64,000 nt of DNA from an uncultured bacterium (lineage in GTDB: Bacteria > Poribacteria > WGA-4E > WGA-3G): NCBI GenBank assembly GCA_964593655.1, contig CAZQIP010000206.1, forward strand, positions 16,963 through 80,962, written 5' to 3'. The notes below the pieces were generated by a model, which saw only the letters and a list, made by a program, of their open reading frames with translations, was not told the origin of the DNA and did not search any database. Made by a program: the position numbers and the translations under genes. This document shows positions 28,718-37,354 of the stretch, piece after piece (within the stretch, counting starts at the first letter, position 1; every line of letters begins with the position of its first letter).

Positions 28718-30316
28718 CTATTGAGTCGTTGCGCTAAACCCAGACGCTTTAACGATGTTCGCGAGGTCAGTGGCAGTCGCCGTGTTTTTTCGGACTTTAA
28801 TGACGGCTTGATCGGGTAGCGAAACTTCGACACTGATAACGCTCTGGTGTTGTGTAAGTGCACCCTGCACTTTCGCGACACACGCCCCTCACGTCATGCC
28901 TGACACGACCAGTGTGACATCTTCACTCCCGGCAGGTTCGATCGGGACAGACATAAAGGCGTTCAGTAGTTTCCCAGAAGCGTCAAATATCCGAATTTTA
29001 CCGTCGAAACCGCCTGTAGCGAGTTGTGTGCCATCAGGATGGAATGAAACTGCGAAAACACCGACTGCATCGCCTTGCATGCTCGCTAAACGCTTCCCAT
29101 CCGCTATGTTATAGATACGCGCTTCGCCGCCTGCACTGCCGGTCGCGAACCGGGTGCCATCCGCAGAAAACGCTACCGCTTCAATTGTCCCCGACTGTGC
29201 TTCGTAGGCTTGGATAAGGTTAAAGTCTGTATTGCCAACATCTCTTCGGATTTCACGGAAAATTTTGTAGAGCCGTGGTATCCGATCCTCGCCAGCACTC
29301 AAAACTTGGTCTTCAGTGGGATGTCGTGCGATGGTGTTGATTTCACCGTAGCCTTTGTTACTGGAGTTGACATCATCCACAAAAGAGCCTGTGTCTACCT
29401 CAACCAATTTGAGTGCAGTATCACGTCCACAACTCACAAAATGCGAGCCGTCAACAGAAAAAACAGTGCCGAAAACCCAATCGCTGTGGTTATCAAATTT
29501 AATGAGCTCTTTTTCATTTTCAACGGATAGGACACGTACTGTCTGATCTGAGCATCCAAAAGCGACGCGACTTGCATCTGGTGAGAAAGAAAGCCCGTAA
29601 ATCGTATCATAACTGGAGCGCATCGCTTTGATGAGGGTGTCGGTTGCAGTATCCCAGAGCTGCACTTCGCCAAATTGTGCGGCGGATCCACCTGCCATGC
29701 CTAATATTTTGCCATCCGCTGTATATGTCAGCGACTCTATTCGACGTGCTTTACCGACCAATCGCGCTTTGAGTTTATAATTCGCCGTGTCATACAATAA
29801 AACTTCTCGGACCCCTGATACTGCAAGCGTGTTGCCATCGGGTGAGTATGCCAGCGCAGTAACCACCGGCGGTACGGTGTAAACCGGATAGTCTCCCTCC
29901 GCCATATCATCGACTTCGGCGGGTGTATCATCGGGCGCGCCTTCAAGAATCCACCGTCGGAAGAGTTCGACCTCTTCGGCAGAGAGCGGTTCCATATTTT
30001 GTGGCATTGCGGGTTCATCGCCGGAGATGAGCTTAATGATGAGACTGTCATCAGGTTTCCCCGGGACGATTGTTGCATCGCCCGCCATCCCGCCTTGTTT
30101 GAGATCGGTATAGGTTGTGACAATCAAGCCGCCGTTTGGATCGCCTGGGTGATGGCATCCTTGACAACTCCGCTTGAGAATTGGGACGATCTGTGAGTGG
30201 TAACTGACGGGTGCCTCTGCGCCATGATTATCCGCTGTTACAAACGGAACCCACGCTACAAGGCAGAGTAAATACACCGCTAAATGGATAGTAAACCTTG
30301 ATCGCGATATTTTCAT
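28718..30316 (-). CDS. Cytochrome c (PSCyt-type CxxCH) + WD40 propeller protein, extended through TGA 28889-28891 (candidate Sec) into a C-terminal HMA metal-binding domain
   Basis: ORF 28889..30316 carries CQGCHHPG and WD40 units and ends VTLVVSGMT-TGA. The next 56 in-frame codons, GACVAKVQGALTQHQSVISVEVSLPDQAVIKVRKNTATATDLANIVKASGFSATTQ-TAG, complete an HMA fold with GMT-U-GAC. The 28889..30316 core is safe (0.85); the extension is less certain. Confidence 0.6.
28851..28882 (-). promoter_or_regulatory. SECIS-like hairpin candidate downstream of UGA 28891-28889
   Basis: mRNA UGUGU-cgcga-AAGUGCA-[GGG]-UGCACUU-ACACA: 5 bp + 7 bp stems, apical loop GGG 24-26 nt after the UGA. Confidence 0.45.
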
Positions 30317-30340
30317 GTTGTTAAACCCTCTATAAAAAGG

Positions 30341-30372
30341 TTATCGGGCTTACAAAGCCCTCCTACAATAGC
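30341..30372. repeat. Short dispersed motif, family B
   Basis: TTATCGGGCTTACAAAGCCCTCCTACAATAGC, 25-56 nt upstream of the minus-strand ATG at 30316. Contains the mini-hairpin GGCTT-acaa-AGCC. Confidence 0.6.
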
Positions 30373-30617
30373 AATCTGTGCCAAAAGTGTCGTTGTTAAC
30401 ATATTTGTTTAATAATTATATCACAATTCCATAACGAAATTCAATTAAAAATAAGATTGAAGCCAGAGGAATGGTTGTCAGTAGGAGCAGATTCATGGGC
30501 CTCAAAAGTTACACGGGCAAAATGTCGGAACACGATCGGGGTTGAAAACCCTTCTCACAAGGAATTAGTTTAATTTCGGACGCTTAATGCTAAAAACTTC
30601 ACACACCCTGTTTTTCA

Positions 30618-30646
30618 TTGACGTGTTTTGAAAAATAAGGTATACT
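30618..30646 (+). promoter_or_regulatory. Sigma70-like promoter candidate (TTGACG-17 nt-TATACT) for the YceI-like gene
   Basis: TTGACG 30618-30623, 17-nt spacer, TATACT 30641-30646; about 65 nt upstream of ATG 30710. Confidence 0.4.
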
Positions 30647-30709
30647 TCTTTACGTCTAATAGACGCATATTTTCTAATGAAACCCAAAACAAATAAGGAG
30701 ATATTTGCA

Positions 30710-31336
30710 ATGAAAATGAACTTAGGACGGAACTTGCAGGTTTTCAGTATCGGAAGTCTTGTGCTCTTATTACTTATCGGTTCTGCTGGAATTACGCAAT
30801 CTATGGGTGTAACAGCGTATGAAATTGACACTGCACATTCAATGATAATTTTTCGCGCAAAACATAATGGCGTTAGCTACAATTACGGCAGATTCAACGA
30901 ATTCAGCGGCAAGATCGTGATGACTTCAATGGATGTGAGCGGCCGTTTCACGCCTGGGAGCATGGTGGAATTTGAGGTCAAAACAGCGAGCGTTGATACT
31001 GGCAACGAAAAACGCGATCAACATCTGAGAAGTTCTGACTTCTTTAGTGCAAAGCAATTTCCTGTGATTACCTTCAAAAGCACGGAAGTCAAGGCGAAGG
31101 CAGGCAAAAAAGATGTGTTAGAGGTCACGGGCGACCTTGAGTTACACGGTGTTAAGAAATCTATCACGGTGGATGTCGAAATCACGGGGCGCGCTAAAGG
31201 GAAACAGGGTGAATCGCTTATCGGATTTGAGAGTATTTTCACGGTTAAGCGAAGCGAATTCGGTATGACTTATGGTATGGGTCCTGTTAGTGACGAAATC
31301 CGTCTTATCGTCAGCATTGAAGCGAAACACGAATAG
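30710..31336 (+). CDS. YceI-family periplasmic protein
   Basis: AAGGAG RBS before ATG 30710; signal peptide. IDTAHSMIIFRAKHNGVSYNYGRFNEFSGKI, VDTGNEKRDQHLRSSDFF, GDLELHGVKKSITV. Confidence 0.85.
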   Translation: MKMNLGRNLQVFSIGSLVLLLLIGSAGITQSMGVTAYEIDTAHSMIIFRAKHNGVSYNYGRFNEFSGKIVMTSMDVSGRFTPGSMVEFEVKTASVDTGNEKRDQHLRSSDFFSAKQFPVITFKSTEVKAKAGKKDVLEVTGDLELHGVKKSITVDVEITGRAKGKQGESLIGFESIFTVKRSEFGMTYGMGPVSDEIRLIVSIEAKHE

Positions 31337-31446
31337 GCGCGCGTTTCCGATGCACTACGGATACCCCTGCCCTGAAAAGCTTTCGTTGGTGAGGTTCCTT
31401 TAGAGGAAACACCTAAGAAAAACGCCTCGCCAACAAGGGATCAGCG

Positions 31447-32361
31447 ATGTTAATATTCAAACAGCTTGTCTTCGGTCTACTCCTACCAGCCATCGCTGGT
31501 GGCGGGATTTTTATTTTCGCAAACATTCTTGCCTCTAAAAGATCCCGCGATCAGACCGAGGAGCGGAACGGTTTGTTTTCGGGATGGCTTTTCAGTGCCG
31601 CACTGAGTGTTGGGTACATTGTCGGATATATCGGTTTAGAAGGGTTACCGCCGTTCCCGGCACGAGAAGGAGTCCATTGGCTCTGCTATCTTGCGCTTAT
31701 TGGACTCATCTTAGGTATTTTTTGGCATTTTGAGACTTCCAAATATTTTAATGGACAGGTGCTGGCGTCGGCTGTTATGGCTTTTATACCGCCACTGCTT
31801 CTGGAGCCAATGTTTAAACATACATGGGGACAGGTTGAAGGAGTCATTTGGTGGTTTTGTCTCATCGTTGTGATTGCCATTTTTTGGAGTATGGTCCAAG
31901 GGAGTTTTACTCTATTGCCATCGGGTGGCTGGAGTCCGTTTGTCTATTTTGGACTCTCTGGTGGCACTGCGCTCATTCTTGCGGTCTCTGGCAGTCTACG
32001 CTTAGCACAGCACGCTGGTGTTCTTGTGGCACTTTTTGCAGCGATATGGATTATCACGCTTTTTCTACGATCTGATGCCAAAGTCCCCTTGTTTCCGATC
32101 AGTACATCCCCAGTTATAACACTTGCGTTTGTAGGTATCTGGGTGAACGGGTACTTCTACGAAGAAGTCCCAGCGGCGAGTGCTATTCTGTTAGCAATGG
32201 CGTTATGCTTAGCCCCCGTTGGTCGGATAGAAAAGGTTCAGCAACTTGGTGCGCGGCGTTCTACTTTGGTCCAGATAGCAGCCATCGCGCTGCCTGTCGT
32301 TATAGCAATCGGTATCGCCGTTGCGCGCTCTGGTCTTTTTGGTGAAAGTAGTAGCTATTAA
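31447..32361 (+). CDS. Hypothetical polytopic membrane protein (about 8 TM segments)
   Basis: 304-aa ORF dominated by hydrophobic helices; no family recognised. Confidence 0.6.
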   Translation: MLIFKQLVFGLLLPAIAGGGIFIFANILASKRSRDQTEERNGLFSGWLFSAALSVGYIVGYIGLEGLPPFPAREGVHWLCYLALIGLILGIFWHFETSKYFNGQVLASAVMAFIPPLLLEPMFKHTWGQVEGVIWWFCLIVVIAIFWSMVQGSFTLLPSGGWSPFVYFGLSGGTALILAVSGSLRLAQHAGVLVALFAAIWIITLFLRSDAKVPLFPISTSPVITLAFVGIWVNGYFYEEVPAASAILLAMALCLAPVGRIEKVQQLGARRSTLVQIAAIALPVVIAIGIAVARSGLFGESSSY

Positions 32362-32646
32362 AACGTGAACAAACAGTTGGTCGTACTTGTCTAAATATTT
32401 GGTGTTATATTATTCAATCTGCCCGATTTCGTGCAATTGGGTATAGCGTATGCCCGGTTTTGTGCGGTTTTTTCTATATATTTTACCAAAAACACATTAA
32501 TAGAGTGGCACGGAATTTGCTCACAATCATTATGAGTTTCAACCTAAATAGTAGTATCTCGCGGAGAAGGGACTCGTTTTGCAACCACAAATAGATCCAA
32601 ACCATCTTCTCGGCTTTCAAAAGAGAATAACGACCGGAGGGGAAAA

Positions 32647-35600
32647 ATGAGTTTGATACGTAATATGAATTTTGGCGCAGTTTGCAAACCGAAACTCGCT
32701 GTGCAAAGACTTATCACAGTATGTCTACTTGGCATCGTGTTCTTTATTAACGGCTGTGTTAAGATGGAGGCAACACGCAAAGCGGATTGGGAGACACATT
32801 TCACAGATATCCACTTTGTCAACCACAAACAGGGATGGATTGTCGGAGAGAGCGGTCTGATAATTCATACGGTAGATGGTGGAAAGACCTGGAAACAACA
32901 GGAAGTCGATACAACAAGTCCTGGATTTCGCATGCCTGATGCCTCGTTAGATTTCAAAGCGGTTTATTTTACAAACGCGCAGAATGGATGGGCAGTCGGC
33001 GATGAAGGATTAGTTGCAGCAACTGACGATGGCGGCAGACACTGGTCGTTGCAAAAGAGTGGCAGCTCCGCGATGCTCCTTGATGTCTTTTTTGCGAACT
33101 CAAAAGAAGGTTGGATTGTAGGCGAAGATTCGGATGTGCTCTATACCGAAAACGGTGGAAAAGAATGGAAACGCTACGAGTATGTTAGCGAATTTATGCT
33201 CAACGGGGTCTGGTTCGTTGATGATTCAAGCGGATGGGTTGTGGGTACACACGATAGAATTTTTCACACCAAGACGGGTGGCGAATCGTGGCGGGAACAG
33301 AGCAACCGCTTTGAAGGCGAACGCGATCGGATGATCAATGATAATAAACAGGTATTTTTCATCAGCGACAATGAAGGTTGGATCGTTGGCAGTGACGGGT
33401 CCATCTTCCATACGACGACTGGCGGTGCTAATTGGGAGCGTCAAGACAGTCGTATCCCGCTGATTAATGGGCACGTCCGAGATACGATCAATAGCATCCA
33501 TTTTACAGACGAAAACTATGGGGTCGCCGTGGCGGATGTCGGCTTTATTACGCGTACTGAGGATGGTGGCGACAATTGGCAATTGATGGAGAGCGGCACC
33601 GAAAACAATTTGACAGGCATCCAGTTCACCACGCCAACAGAGGCGTGGGCGGTTGGATGGTACGGTACGATTCTGCATACGACAGATGCCGGTGCGACCT
33701 GGGAGATGACGAGCGGTACGACAGCGAACGATTTACAGAATGTGCAGTTTACGGATGCCAACCGTGCGATTGCAGTGGGCAGACGTGGCACAATGGCGAT
33801 GAGCAACGACGGCGGACAGACATGGAACGAAATTGAGACAGATATCTGGGACGGCATTTGGAACATCTATTTCGCGACTGACAAGCACGGTTGGGCAGTC
33901 GGTGAACGCGGGCTTATTGTCCATACGAATGACGGCGGCATGAATTGGGAACGTCAGCGCGGTCCCACTGCCTTTACACTCCGTTCTGTCCACTTTGTTA
34001 GCCCTCAGGTTGGTTGGATTGTAGGCGATATTGGCAGTATTATACATACGATTGATGGTGGCAAAACATGGCTCCCACAAACCGCAACTGGGGATTTCTT
34101 CTCGCTCATGCTAAAGGGCGTATTTTTTCTTGATGAAAAGAAAGGTTGGGCTATTGGATGGCCCGGGGTTTGCCTCGCAACAGAAGACGGTGGTTTGACC
34201 TGGAACCAACAGACGACTGGTACCTTCAATGAACTCTACGCTGTCTATTTCACAGATGAAAACACTGGATGGATCGTTGGACAGTTCGGCGAGATTTTAC
34301 ATACAAAAAACGGCGGGAAAAAGTGGATTTTCCAACGCAGTGGGACTCAAGAGAACCTGAATAAACTCTATTTTGCGGATACACAGCACGGTTTAATCGT
34401 CGGGGATAACGGCGTGATGCTTACCACAACCAGTGGCGGGAAAAAATGGGAAATGCAGGAGAGTGGTACTGACAATGACCTTTATGGCTTAGCCCTCTCG
34501 CCTGATGGCGTTGTCGCTGTCGGTAAAGGCGGGATTGCGATGCGGTATTCGGTTGAGGAGGCACAACTGCCTGCCAAGTTACCACCTGTTGCCGAAGCGT
34601 CTGAACTCGTCGCTGCCGAAGAAGAAACTCCGGTTGAACCCGTTGCTTACCATTGGGACATTATCCGTCAGGCGGCTTGGCGCACTGATTTTGCAGATAC
34701 GCACTTTGTAGATGCCCAAAACGGTTGGGCAGTCGGTTCCGGTGGTGTTATCGCCCGTACTATGGACGGCGGGAAAACGTGGCTACCGCAACATAGTGGT
34801 GTCAGTGAAAATCTGCGCGAAGTGGAATTCGTTGATGCAAAACATGGAAGAGTTCTCGGTTCTGGCACTTTACTCCAGACAGAAAATGGTGGCGAAACGT
34901 GGCAGCCGATCCTTCAAGCGACCAAACAAAACCTTCCTCGCGTTAGCACGATGCACTTCCTGAACGCCGAAGAGGGATGGCTTGGTGCCTCGATTGGGCA
35001 GACCTTGCATACTACTGATGGGGGCAAGACGTGGAAAGTCCAAAAAACCGGAACAACAACAGGAAACATCACCGATCTCCATTTCATCAATAGTCAAGTA
35101 GGGTGGGCAGTGACGCCGCAACGTCGAGACGGTGGATTTATCCTTCATACAGTTGACGGCGGGGACTACTGGAAAATTCAGGCGAAAACCAATCAACCCG
35201 GTATCGCTGTTCACTTTGCCGACGAAAACCGCGGTTGGGTAATCCTCGGTAACGGGAACTCTTTGTTGACTGAAGATGGTGGCGAAACATGGCAATTGAA
35301 GACCACGTCACAAAGCACACGCGGTTTACGACGTGTTACCTTCCGTTCGCATACCAAAGCGTGGGGACTGGGCGGCGGCGGTGCATATATCACCGAAGAC
35401 CAAGGGGTGAATTGGAAGGCTATCCCCGTCGCTACAAGAGACGAGATACTCGCCATGCGACAACCTGATCCAGAGATACCGGAAGAACCCGCGCCAGAAA
35501 CAGAAAAAGATGAATCGGAAGATGAGGTTGCTGAGGGACCCACGTTACAGTATGACGAGACACCGGAGGAAATACAAAATCGGCTTCGAGCAGAGAACCA

Positions 35601-36738
35601 ACGTGCGGGGCGTCTTGCACCTGAAGGGACACTCCCGCCTAATGCAGAGCGGGCAACGCCAGCATCCGCACAGCAACAACCCCCTCCACCACCAGAACCC
35701 AGAGGACGCAGGCGCGGTGGTCGCCGAATTGCGAGTGTGTATTTCCTTGATACAGAACACGCATGGGCAGTTGGCAGTGCTGGTAGCATTTACTACTCTG
35801 CAGATGGTGGGAAGACATGGGAACGTCAACTCGGTGAACAAGAACGCAGCGATTTCCGAGAGGTGCTTTTCTACGATGACAAAAACGGTTGGATCGCAGG
35901 TGACGGCGGTATGTTATTGGAAACTCAAGACGGTGGAGAAACATGGCAGAAACTCCGAAGTCAAACGCGTCAACGCTTCATCGGTATACACTTCGCAAGC
36001 TTAGAACCGAAATGGGGATGGGCAATGCAACGTGATGGGACTGTGCTGTACACTACAGACGGCAACATTTGGACAGCAGGAGATACACCTGAACGTCCGC
36101 CGTTTATGGAAGACGATCCGCCCGGTAATTTCTCGCTAAACGACGTTGCTTTTGGTAAATTCTCTGAAGGCTGGGCAGTCGGACAATTCGGGGACATTAT
36201 CCACAATAAAGATGGCGGTCCTACATGGACCCTTCAACGGACGACTGCAAACGATAGGCTTACGAGTGTGGATATGCAATTCGCACCGCTCGGTTGGGCA
36301 GTCGGGCAAGGTGGTGTCACCCAGCGAACTATTAATGGTGGTCAATATTGGCGGCTGCATGAGACGAAGACCAACTACAATCTCAACGCTGTTTCATTTA
36401 TTAGCAAGCGGAAAGGATGGGCAGCGGGTGAGGCAGGCATCGTCCTCAGGACAATTGATGGTGGCTTTACGTGGGAACCCATATTGACGGGTGTTCCCAA
36501 AGATCTTCACGGCATTGTTTCGCTCTCGGAACAGGAGATTTACGCTGTTGGCAATGAAGGAACGATTGTCCGTTCAACCGACGGTGGTGAGACGTGGGAA
36601 CAAGAACATACCGATATTGATAATAACTTGTATGTTATTACGCGTTCTAAGGACGGTAAAGCCTTGTGGGTCGTTGGACAGTGGGGTGTTGTGCTCCGTC
36701 GGAAGTTAGAAACGCAGGAGAAGATGTCAATGCGATAA
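32647..36738 (+). CDS. Giant Ycf48/BNR-like multi-beta-propeller lipoprotein
   Basis: 1363 aa. GGAGGGG RBS; lipobox-like VFFINGC. About 26 blades with the (D/N)GGxTW signature in three blocks, separated by an acidic linker and a Pro/Glu/Arg-rich low-complexity linker (QQQPPPPPEPRGRRRGGRR). Confidence 0.85.
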   Translation: MSLIRNMNFGAVCKPKLAVQRLITVCLLGIVFFINGCVKMEATRKADWETHFTDIHFVNHKQGWIVGESGLIIHTVDGGKTWKQQEVDTTSPGFRMPDASLDFKAVYFTNAQNGWAVGDEGLVAATDDGGRHWSLQKSGSSAMLLDVFFANSKEGWIVGEDSDVLYTENGGKEWKRYEYVSEFMLNGVWFVDDSSGWVVGTHDRIFHTKTGGESWREQSNRFEGERDRMINDNKQVFFISDNEGWIVGSDGSIFHTTTGGANWERQDSRIPLINGHVRDTINSIHFTDENYGVAVADVGFITRTEDGGDNWQLMESGTENNLTGIQFTTPTEAWAVGWYGTILHTTDAGATWEMTSGTTANDLQNVQFTDANRAIAVGRRGTMAMSNDGGQTWNEIETDIWDGIWNIYFATDKHGWAVGERGLIVHTNDGGMNWERQRGPTAFTLRSVHFVSPQVGWIVGDIGSIIHTIDGGKTWLPQTATGDFFSLMLKGVFFLDEKKGWAIGWPGVCLATEDGGLTWNQQTTGTFNELYAVYFTDENTGWIVGQFGEILHTKNGGKKWIFQRSGTQENLNKLYFADTQHGLIVGDNGVMLTTTSGGKKWEMQESGTDNDLYGLALSPDGVVAVGKGGIAMRYSVEEAQLPAKLPPVAEASELVAAEEETPVEPVAYHWDIIRQAAWRTDFADTHFVDAQNGWAVGSGGVIARTMDGGKTWLPQHSGVSENLREVEFVDAKHGRVLGSGTLLQTENGGETWQPILQATKQNLPRVSTMHFLNAEEGWLGASIGQTLHTTDGGKTWKVQKTGTTTGNITDLHFINSQVGWAVTPQRRDGGFILHTVDGGDYWKIQAKTNQPGIAVHFADENRGWVILGNGNSLLTEDGGETWQLKTTSQSTRGLRRVTFRSHTKAWGLGGGGAYITEDQGVNWKAIPVATRDEILAMRQPDPEIPEEPAPETEKDESEDEVAEGPTLQYDETPEEIQNRLRAENQRAGRLAPEGTLPPNAERATPASAQQQPPPPPEPRGRRRGGRRIASVYFLDTEHAWAVGSAGSIYYSADGGKTWERQLGEQERSDFREVLFYDDKNGWIAGDGGMLLETQDGGETWQKLRSQTRQRFIGIHFASLEPKWGWAMQRDGTVLYTTDGNIWTAGDTPERPPFMEDDPPGNFSLNDVAFGKFSEGWAVGQFGDIIHNKDGGPTWTLQRTTANDRLTSVDMQFAPLGWAVGQGGVTQRTINGGQYWRLHETKTNYNLNAVSFISKRKGWAAGEAGIVLRTIDGGFTWEPILTGVPKDLHGIVSLSEQEIYAVGNEGTIVRSTDGGETWEQEHTDIDNNLYVITRSKDGKALWVVGQWGVVLRRKLETQEKMSMR

Positions 36739-36828
36739 CATGTCGTGACCTTTACGGCCGCGCGGATTTGAGCGATTGAAAAATCTTTTCAATACGAGCA
36801 AACAGCATGCATGGAGCACGAACAAGAC

Positions 36829-36857
36829 TTGACACACTAAATAGAATATGTTACACT
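36829..36857 (+). promoter_or_regulatory. Sigma70-like promoter candidate (TTGACA-17 nt-TACACT)
   Basis: TTGACA 36829-36834, 17-nt spacer, TACACT 36852-36857; AAGGAGG RBS at about 36888 before ATG 36899. Confidence 0.4.
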
Positions 36858-36898
36858 ACGTGCCGTAATATGATGAACTTCAATTTAAGGAGGTAGTA

Positions 36899-37135
36899 AT
36901 GAAAACAATTACACACGCTCAGGTGCAACAGTTAGTAAAAAAACTTCCGGAAGCCAAACTACCGCTTGCCTATCGTTTATTGGTCGATTTAGATAACAGG
37001 GACATAGATGAACAGTCTCCGCAGTCAATTTTCATGGCGCTTTCCTCAGCGGAGCGTCAACGTGTTCTCGCGCAGCAAGCTGAACAGATGAAAACTCACT
37101 ATGAACACGCTGCCAAGGAGCCTGTAGACCTATAG
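36899..37135 (+). CDS. Small antitoxin-like protein (family not recognised)
   Basis: 78 aa with strong promoter and RBS signals, directly followed by a MazF/PemK-like N-terminal fragment. Confidence 0.4.
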   Translation: MKTITHAQVQQLVKKLPEAKLPLAYRLLVDLDNRDIDEQSPQSIFMALSSAERQRVLAQQAEQMKTHYEHAAKEPVDL

Positions 37136-37175
37136 ATAGGAAATTTCATTGATGCATATCAGACACAATGAGATT

Positions 37176-37238
37176 ATGCCAGTTTATGTGAACCGAGGGG
37201 AAATCTGGCAGGTGGATCTTCATGGGAGTGTAAGGTAA
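37176..37238 (+). pseudogene. Truncated MazF/PemK-like toxin remnant (20 codons)
   Basis: MPVYVNRGEIWQVDLHGSVR-stop. RGEIWxVDL is the conserved N-terminal strand of PemK/MazF toxins. The ORF ends 5 nt before a 22-bp inverted repeat. Confidence 0.4.
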
Positions 37239-37242
37239 ACCC

Positions 37243-37307
37243 GGTTCGTAGTGGTGCGATTCATCACACGGAAGCCCAAGGCGCAATGAATTGCACCACT
37301 ACGAACC
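37243..37307. repeat. Strong isolated hairpin / MITE-like inverted repeat
   Basis: GGTTCGTAGTGGTGCGATTCAT (37243-37264) pairs with ATGAATTGCACCACTACGAACC (37286-37307): 21 of 22 positions complementary, 21-nt loop. Confidence 0.8.
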
Positions 37308-37354
37308 ATGTATCAGTTTAGATGTGACAGGCTACTAGCAGTGAACTACTGATT

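Noticed and set aside
28435-28881. 148-aa minus-strand ORF (GTG start) covering the gap between the cytochrome c-WD40 gene and the sulfatase
   Set aside because: It is out of frame with both neighbours and overlaps the sulfatase N-terminus by about 260 nt. Its sequence is basic and low-complexity with no motif. The same DNA in the upstream gene's frame encodes a textbook HMA domain, which explains the region better.
33226-35944. Many 60-190-aa ORFs on both strands inside the 32647..36738 gene
   Set aside because: All overlap the single uninterrupted 1363-codon frame that carries clear BNR/Ycf48-like blades. They are artefacts of repetitive, GC-balanced sequence.
37243-37307. 65-nt hairpin considered as a tRNA or other RNA gene
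   Set aside because: It is a single long stem with a 21-nt loop, with no cloverleaf and no T-loop GTTCGAATC-type motif. It is better described as an inverted-repeat element.
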